NCBI GenBank assembly: GCA_009908855.1 | Contig: JAAAOM010000003.1 | Location: forward strand, 77,663 to 141,662 | DNA: 64,000 nt | Source of the DNA: Bacteroidota bacterium | Lineage (GTDB): Bacteria > Bacteroidota > Bacteroidia > Bacteroidales > JAAAOM01 | Direction: 5' to 3' | Shown: piece by piece, positions 58,366-64,000 of the stretch | Layout of the letters: each line of letters begins with the position of its first letter | Position numbering within the stretch: the stretch's first letter is position 1 | Program-made: the position numbers and the translations under genes | Notes under the pieces: generated by a model | Databases searched by the model: none | Told to the model about the DNA's origin: nothing | Seen by the model: only the letters and a program-made list of their open reading frames with translations

Positions 58366-59166
58366 TCAATTGAGCCAAATTTCAAAACCGGTGCAGTTAT
58401 AGAATACATTGCGCTTGAAATTTTTCTTCAGAATCACATAATTATTGATTCCTGTGCAGTGACACACACCGACCTGTTTCACCTTATGTTTATTGAAGTA
58501 CTGATAAATACGATGTATACTATCCAATGATGCCTCTTTGGTATGAAAACCGCCAATTACCATGTTTACCGGTAGTTTAAAATATCTAACTGCTGTTTCC
58601 AACATATTAATGATACCCCTGTGCGAACAACTACTTAGAATATTTAGCATATTGTCATGCTTAATAGCCAAAAATAATTCATCTTCAAACTCATCCGGTA
58701 TCATTTCATCCTGCTCTTTGATCTCAAAGCCCTCGTAATGCGTATCCGCCTGGTTATATATGGTTGTATCCGGGCAAACAAAAATACCAGGGCATATCTC
58801 TTCAACTTCATGTACAATATGCAATCGATCCGCAGGTATAGTTATGGAAGGGTCGATGCCGACATATCTGTCTCTTTTATATTTGGGCCTGAATATTCCT
58901 TCCTTAGCAATTATTTTGGCCTTTTGGTTCAATTCCAAAAAACGTTTGAGCCCGCCAACATGATCGTAATGACCATGACTGAGAATGAGCACATCAATAT
59001 CAGCTATATCAATACCCAATTGTTCGGCATTTTGACAGAATAAATCGCTTTGACCGGTATCAAATATTATTTTTAAATCCTCGTGATGCAAAAAAATGGA
59101 TATGCCATGTTCCGCACCCAGGTCTTTATTATAAACTACATTTTCAACTAAGGTCACAATTCTCAC
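58366..59166 (-). CDS. MBL-fold metallo-hydrolase (COG1237-like)
   Basis: 266-aa ORF with HxHxDH replaced by the typical SHGHYDHVGG motif. Its length and N-terminus (VTLVEN...GAEHGIS) resemble the MJ0301-like subfamily. Confidence 0.75.
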   Translation of the reverse strand: MRIVTLVENVVYNKDLGAEHGISIFLHHEDLKIIFDTGQSDLFCQNAEQLGIDIADIDVLILSHGHYDHVGGLKRFLELNQKAKIIAKEGIFRPKYKRDRYVGIDPSITIPADRLHIVHEVEEICPGIFVCPDTTIYNQADTHYEGFEIKEQDEMIPDEFEDELFLAIKHDNMLNILSSCSHRGIINMLETAVRYFKLPVNMVIGGFHTKEASLDSIHRIYQYFNKHKVKQVGVCHCTGINNYVILKKNFKRNVFYNCTGFEIWLN

Positions 59167-59452
59167 TTACCAGTATCTTATTAGGTCCTTTGCATTTAAT
59201 TTGAGCATCGGTTAAGATATTGAATCGATGCCATAAATACAAAAATAAGTTATTAAACGCCATATTCCTTCTTAAACAGGTGAACGGTGAATGTAATAAA
59301 TTTCCTTTTGTCAAGGCTATTCTACTCCCTCGCCAGGAGCGAGAAAGAAAAGTAATTTGTACCAATTAGTGATACAAATTAGTTCATTTATTTTGAACCT
59401 GTTAAATTAAAAATATTATTTGTCATTATCCATGTTTGAAAACAGCTTTCCG

Positions 59453-62400
59453 TTAATTCTCATAAGGTATTTGATAAAAAAGATCAACCAATTGCTTTTC
59501 CAATGGCAATTCCTTTTCGGAATAACGCGGGTCTTCAATAAATTTTTCCTTTTCCATTCGTTCAACCTCAATACTGTAAAAACCAAACTCCTCAACCACT
59601 TTACCGGTAACCTTGTATATACCTTTACCACGGACCGGGTAAGCTGCTGCCACCGGAGGAAAATGGGTTGTATCAAAAAAGAAACCGTCGCGGTCCAGAA
59701 AAGTTCCGAAAAACATTATTTTTTTTTGAGCCGTTCTTGTTTCTTTGCGCGTAACAAAATATCCCCATAGGCTTATTGTTTTGCCCAAATATATTGGTAA
59801 ATCATGGGCGGTTAAATTATTACCCGGCCGATGTTGTGTTAATGCAAACGGATTGATCAATGGAAAATGAAGCAGCTCTATATGATCAAAAGCATCCTCG
59901 TATTTCGACCGTATGAGCGCCGGTATATTATAATTTTTCCGGCTACTAATAAATAGCTGTTTTTGTTGCACTTCTTTTTTACCTATATTCAATATAAAAT
60001 GGGCTTTCCACAATAACTCACGCTTATTAATATGCGTGAAACGAAATGCATCTACGCGTATAAGAATGGAAATTTGTTCCAGTGAGATACTTACCCGCTC
60101 CATGAAATCATCGAAACCATCAAACATTCCATTTCTATTTCGTTCCCTGATAATTTGTTCGGCCACACCAGAATCAAGCGCATGTAAATGTTGCAGTCCA
60201 ATATAAATATGATGGCCATAAATGGTGGTAAGCCATTCGCTTTTATTGATATCGGGTGCATGAATGGCGCCTCCATTAATACGGGCTTCGTTAACATAAA
60301 TCTCAGACCGGTAAAAGCCCCCGAAATTGTTAATTACAGCAACCATGTACTCAAGTGGATAATATGCCTTGAGATACAGGCTTTGGTAACTTTCAACGGC
60401 ATAAGAGGCGGAATGACCTTTTGCAAAAGCATAACCTGCAAAGCTCTCTATCTGTCGCCAAATATCGGCTGTAAGTTGTGGATCGTATTTCTTTTCCCGA
60501 CAATTATTAAAAAATTGGTTTTTCGCCTTGGTAAATTCTTCCCGCGAGCGATATTTACCCGACATGCCGCGCCTCAATACATCCGCTTCTGATAAGGTTA
60601 AGCCGGCAAAATAATGTGCTACTTTAATAACATCTTCCTGGTACACCATAACACCAAATGTTTCCGGCATAATATTCATAAGCAGGGGATTCACATCTTT
60701 TCTTCTTTCAGGATTTTTTAAACGCAATATATACTCGCGCATCATACCCGATTTTGAAACACCAGGCCGGATGATTGAACTGGCGGCAACCAGACCCAAA
60801 TAGTTATCAACCTCCATCTTCTTCAGTAGCATTCGCATGGCAGGCGATTCTACATAAAAACACCCGATTGCTTTCGCGTTTTTCAGCAGATGCTTCACTT
60901 TCGTATCCTGTTTAAACCTTTTTACATCATGAATATCAATAGGTTCATCACCAGGATTATTTTGCCTGACAATGGCTAATGCATCCTTGATTTTACCCAG
61001 GCCTCGCTGACTCAAAATATCGAATTTGTAAAGGCCTATATCCTCTGCCACCAGCATATCAAAATGTGTTAACGGAAAACCTTTGGGAGGTAATGTGGTA
61101 GCCGTGTAATAGTGTATCGGCTTTTCGGAAATAAGAATACCACCGGCATGAATGCTTAAATGACTCGGGAAACCGTGTATACGCTCACTGTATTTTAATA
61201 CCAGTGATGAAATATGGTCTTGTGGTGCGGATTGATACCTGCCTTCGGTAAGCACTTCAATTTCATGCCTGGGCAGACCAAATACCTTTCCTAACTCATG
61301 AATAGCCGCTCTGCGCTGAAATGTGCTAAATGCTGCCAGTAAGGCCACATTCGGAAAACGGTTAAAAATATAGCTGATTACATCATCCCGTTCCTGCCAG
61401 GAAAAATCGATATCGAAATCAGGTGGATTTTTTCGGAAAAGATTGATAAATCGTTCAAAATACAAATCAAGCTCAACCGGGTCTACATCCGTAATACGCA
61501 GTAGATAAGCAACAATGCTGTTGGCACCGCTTCCACGGCCCACGTAAAAATATCCCTGACGGCGTGCATAGCTCACGATGTCCCAATTTATTAAAAAATA
61601 GGGCACGAATTGTTTTTGCCTGATGATTTCCAGTTCCATGTCCAACCGCTCCATGATTTTCTGATCGGCATCGGGATACCGATAGGTTATTCCTTCCCTG
61701 CAAAGCTGTGTTAACATTTTGAAATCTTCTTCTTCTGAGGAAGTATAGGTTTTCTTGTTTTTGGGCGGAAATTCACTACCAAATTCAAATCTGACCTCAC
61801 AATTTTTCAGGAGATATTCAGTATTGGCAATTATCTCAGGATAGTCATAATATATTTTCAGTAATTCCTTTTGAGGCAGCAACTTATCAGTCTCTCTTCC
61901 CTCCTCGCTTTTCGGCAATTTGCTCAACAATGTGTTATTATCGATAGCACGCAAAAGGCGATGAGTGTTAAAATCGCGTTTATTCCTGAATGTTGCTGTT
62001 TGTAAAACAACCAGTTTATCTCGCTGCGATTCCCATGGGGTGAATTTGATGCGGTTTAAATCGGAAGGTGCGATACCCAGGTATTCGTTGTCCAACAATT
62101 CCCATCCGGTATATTTTTTATACGGATATATAATATATGTGTTTTTAAGATTTGGTGGCCTGTCAGGAATCCGTTCCCCGTTATGCAAATAATACGAAAG
62201 AAAATGATTGAGTTCATAAAACCCTTCATTATTCCGGGCTATACCCACAAATTGTTGTTGCACACCGTTACGGAAATCAATACCCGTAACCGGTTTTATA
62301 TTCTGTTTTTGGGCCAGCCGTAGAAAATTAAGACTGGCTGAAGTGTTGTTGATATCCGTCAACGCCACACACGAAATGCCTTTCTGCTGAACTTCGTTCA

Positions 62401-62464
62401 ACAACTCTTTGGTACTCATGGTGCCGTAGCGCATGCTGTAATACGTATGGGTGTTCAGGTACAT
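59453..62464 (-). CDS. dnaE2: DNA polymerase III alpha-subunit homologue, short DnaE2/ImuC-like form
   Basis: 1003-aa ORF with an N-terminal PHP domain (HTHTYYSMRYG...ALTDINN), a Pol IIIa palm/fingers region (GRGSGANSIVAYLLRITDVDP, DIDIDF) and an OB-fold at the C-terminus. It is about 200 aa shorter than replicative DnaE. Confidence 0.8.
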   Translation of the reverse strand: MYLNTHTYYSMRYGTMSTKELLNEVQQKGISCVALTDINNTSASLNFLRLAQKQNIKPVTGIDFRNGVQQQFVGIARNNEGFYELNHFLSYYLHNGERIPDRPPNLKNTYIIYPYKKYTGWELLDNEYLGIAPSDLNRIKFTPWESQRDKLVVLQTATFRNKRDFNTHRLLRAIDNNTLLSKLPKSEEGRETDKLLPQKELLKIYYDYPEIIANTEYLLKNCEVRFEFGSEFPPKNKKTYTSSEEEDFKMLTQLCREGITYRYPDADQKIMERLDMELEIIRQKQFVPYFLINWDIVSYARRQGYFYVGRGSGANSIVAYLLRITDVDPVELDLYFERFINLFRKNPPDFDIDFSWQERDDVISYIFNRFPNVALLAAFSTFQRRAAIHELGKVFGLPRHEIEVLTEGRYQSAPQDHISSLVLKYSERIHGFPSHLSIHAGGILISEKPIHYYTATTLPPKGFPLTHFDMLVAEDIGLYKFDILSQRGLGKIKDALAIVRQNNPGDEPIDIHDVKRFKQDTKVKHLLKNAKAIGCFYVESPAMRMLLKKMEVDNYLGLVAASSIIRPGVSKSGMMREYILRLKNPERRKDVNPLLMNIMPETFGVMVYQEDVIKVAHYFAGLTLSEADVLRRGMSGKYRSREEFTKAKNQFFNNCREKKYDPQLTADIWRQIESFAGYAFAKGHSASYAVESYQSLYLKAYYPLEYMVAVINNFGGFYRSEIYVNEARINGGAIHAPDINKSEWLTTIYGHHIYIGLQHLHALDSGVAEQIIRERNRNGMFDGFDDFMERVSISLEQISILIRVDAFRFTHINKRELLWKAHFILNIGKKEVQQKQLFISSRKNYNIPALIRSKYEDAFDHIELLHFPLINPFALTQHRPGNNLTAHDLPIYLGKTISLWGYFVTRKETRTAQKKIMFFGTFLDRDGFFFDTTHFPPVAAAYPVRGKGIYKVTGKVVEEFGFYSIEVERMEKEKFIEDPRYSEKELPLEKQLVDLFYQIPYEN

Positions 62465-62482
62465 TGAAGCGCGTATGAATTA

Positions 62483-62550
62483 TATCCAAATATCGGTAAA
62501 AAATGGATAAAACAGCATGGTGAGTATGCGATCGACCAGGTATTTGGATA
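62483..62550. repeat. 10-bp perfect inverted repeat in the dnaE2-like 5' region
   Basis: TATCCAAATA (62483..62492) and TATTTGGATA (62541..62550) are exact reverse complements separated by 48 nt, between the SixA-like stop and the polymerase start. Confidence 0.6.
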
Positions 62551-62592
62551 ATAAGCGGGGAATAAAATAATTCATACAGATCATTCTGATAA

Positions 62593-63096
62593 TCAAATTG
62601 TTTTTTTCGGATAATCAAAATTACTTTTTATCAGGTTATCCTTTTTAATGGTTTTCCATTTATCAGTTTCAAAGGTGAGTGATACTATTCCTGAAGTGGG
62701 CATGTTATGGATATACTCCGGGTAAAACAGATTGGCAAAAACAGTAAAAGTAGGATTATGCCCAAAAAGTATCATGTGATTAATTGCATTGTCGGTATCA
62801 TAAATGAGTTTAAAAATATCCTCTTCTCCGGCATTGTAGATAATAGGCTTGATTCGGATATTGTCAAACGAAATTTCAAGTTCACGGGCAAAGATGGCAG
62901 CGGTATGCAACGCTCTTGATGCGGGACTGGTTATAATCCATTGCGGTTTGGCATAGGCTTGTTTAAGCCTTTCGGCCATTTTATGTGCATCATTAATACC
63001 ACGTTCCTTCAATGGCCTGTCAATATCGACCACTTCTTCATAATCCCATGTTGATTTTCCATGACGAACGATATGTAATATTTTGGGTGCTGACAT
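62593..63096 (-). CDS. sixA: histidine phosphatase family protein (SixA-like)
   Basis: 167-aa ORF with the catalytic RHG motif (LHIVRHGKS) and a downstream H (LFGHNP). Confidence 0.8.
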   Translation of the reverse strand: MSAPKILHIVRHGKSTWDYEEVVDIDRPLKERGINDAHKMAERLKQAYAKPQWIITSPASRALHTAAIFARELEISFDNIRIKPIIYNAGEEDIFKLIYDTDNAINHMILFGHNPTFTVFANLFYPEYIHNMPTSGIVSLTFETDKWKTIKKDNLIKSNFDYPKKTI

Positions 63097-63115
63097 ATTT
63101 TCTATTCTTAATGTT

Positions 63116-64000
63116 TTATAATAAATGACTGGCTAATTCAGCCAGGAAGCTTCTTTCACCTTTTACTAAATTAATGTGTGCGTATAAATCCTGTCCGTGC
63201 ATTTTGGCAGATAAATAGCTCAATCCGTTGGATTTCACATCAAGGTATGGGGAGTCGATTTGCTCTACATCGCCCGTAAATATCATTTTGGTGCTCTCTC
63301 CTGCCCGGGTTATGATTGTTTTTATTTCATGCGGGGTAAGGTTTTGCGCTTCATCCACAATAAAAAAGACATTGGATAAACTTCTGCCACGAATGTAAGC
63401 CAACGGAGAAATGATGAGTTTTTCATTTTTCTGCATTTCTTCAATAATCTGTAATTCACGACTTTGCGCTGCAAATTTATTTTTAATCACCGCCAGGTTG
63501 TCGAACAATGGTTGCATATAAGGCTCCATTTTTTCTTTGATATCGCCCGGTAGAAAGCCCATATCGCGATTTGCTAATGGAACAATAGGCCGTGCCAGGT
63601 AAATTTGCTGATAGCGGTGGCGCTGTTGAATGGCTGCTGCAAGGGCCAGCAATGTTTTCCCCGTGCCGGCTTTACCCGTTAATGTCACCAATTGTATCTC
63701 CGGATTTAACAATGCATCCAGGGCAAATGTTTGCTCAGCGTTACGCGGATCGATACCATAGGTGCGCTGTTTCTCCACCCGGTTAATGGTTCCGTTGCGT
63801 GGATTGTAATACGCCAATGCACTTACATTGGGTGCTTTAAAAATAAAATATTGATTGGGAGCCGGTTCAAAGTCGAAGTTGAATTGATCAACCGGGATTC
63901 CTTCGAATTTTTCATATAGCTGAGATACCAATCCGTCTTCCATTTTATCCAGCGTAGTTATGCCCTTGTAAAGCTCATCAAGGTTTTGCACTTTGTCATT
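63116..64000 (-). CDS. phoH: PhoH-family ATPase, 5'-partial (frame open to the window edge)
   Basis: Walker A (GKAGTGKT), Walker B (FFIVDEAQNLT) and the PhoH C-terminal region are present. The reading frame continues upstream of the GTG at 63991 through position 64000, so the N-terminal part (probably a PIN domain, as in YlaK-type proteins) lies outside the window. Confidence 0.85.
   Translation of the reverse strand, partial: NDKVQNLDELYKGITTLDKMEDGLVSQLYEKFEGIPVDQFNFDFEPAPNQYFIFKAPNVSALAYYNPRNGTINRVEKQRTYGIDPRNAEQTFALDALLNPEIQLVTLTGKAGTGKTLLALAAAIQQRHRYQQIYLARPIVPLANRDMGFLPGDIKEKMEPYMQPLFDNLAVIKNKFAAQSRELQIIEEMQKNEKLIISPLAYIRGRSLSNVFFIVDEAQNLTPHEIKTIITRAGESTKMIFTGDVEQIDSPYLDVKSNGLSYLSAKMHGQDLYAHINLVKGERSFLAELASHLL

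Noticed and set aside
62328-62618. 96-aa ORF spanning the polymerase start and the SixA stop
   Set aside because: It overlaps two well-supported genes on the same strand in another frame and shows no recognisable motifs.
1-64000. Search for CRISPR arrays, tRNA/rRNA genes, transposases, integrases and prophage genes
   Set aside because: I found no direct-repeat/spacer arrays, no tRNA-like cloverleaf signatures in the intergenic regions I read, and no ORF with transposase, integrase or phage structural motifs.

Overview
This 64-kb chromosomal segment is AT-rich and almost certainly from a Bacteroidota genome. The evidence is a T9SS type-A C-terminal sorting domain, a CarboxypepD_reg-type TonB-dependent receptor, a beta-propeller/Y_Y_Y hybrid sensor kinase, and lipoprotein signal peptides. 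I support about 48 protein-coding loci, 42 of them on the minus strand. I saw no rRNA, tRNA, CRISPR array, transposase or integrase.

Main blocks:
1. 17..11202: a complete, contiguous, co-directional 10-gene haem pathway, hemA-C-D-B-L-E-N-Y-F-H.
2. 12899..17779: a roughly 1630-aa Calx-beta/cadherin-like/HYR surface protein that lacks a recognisable T9SS sorting domain.
3. 17920..21789: a hybrid sensor kinase broken by two frameshifts and one in-frame TAA.
4. 21850..24279: a TPP riboswitch in front of a TonB-dependent receptor.
5. 24753..39470: housekeeping and accessory genes. These are a ZIP transporter, thioredoxin, CCA-adding enzyme, a DUF3160-like T9SS cargo, an SNF2 helicase, a secreted EEP-family enzyme, a beta-helix lipoprotein, a GNAT and TolC.
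6. 39905..43259: a GshB-like ATP-grasp ligase translationally coupled to a fused FGase-like/DUF1704 (QEGLA, HExxxH, MATCAP-family) hydrolase, followed by a STAS protein.
7. 43769..46929: an MtaB/MtaC-type methanol:corrinoid methyltransferase pair behind an AraR-like regulator.
8. 47012..64000: envelope and sugar genes, zwf-pgl, an ATPase gene remnant, MscS, SDRs, an MBL hydrolase, a short DnaE2-like polymerase without ImuB, SixA and a partial PhoH.

The two candidates most worth follow-up are the ligase/carboxypeptidase module and the MtaBC module. All family assignments come from motif recognition by eye, and no database search was run.
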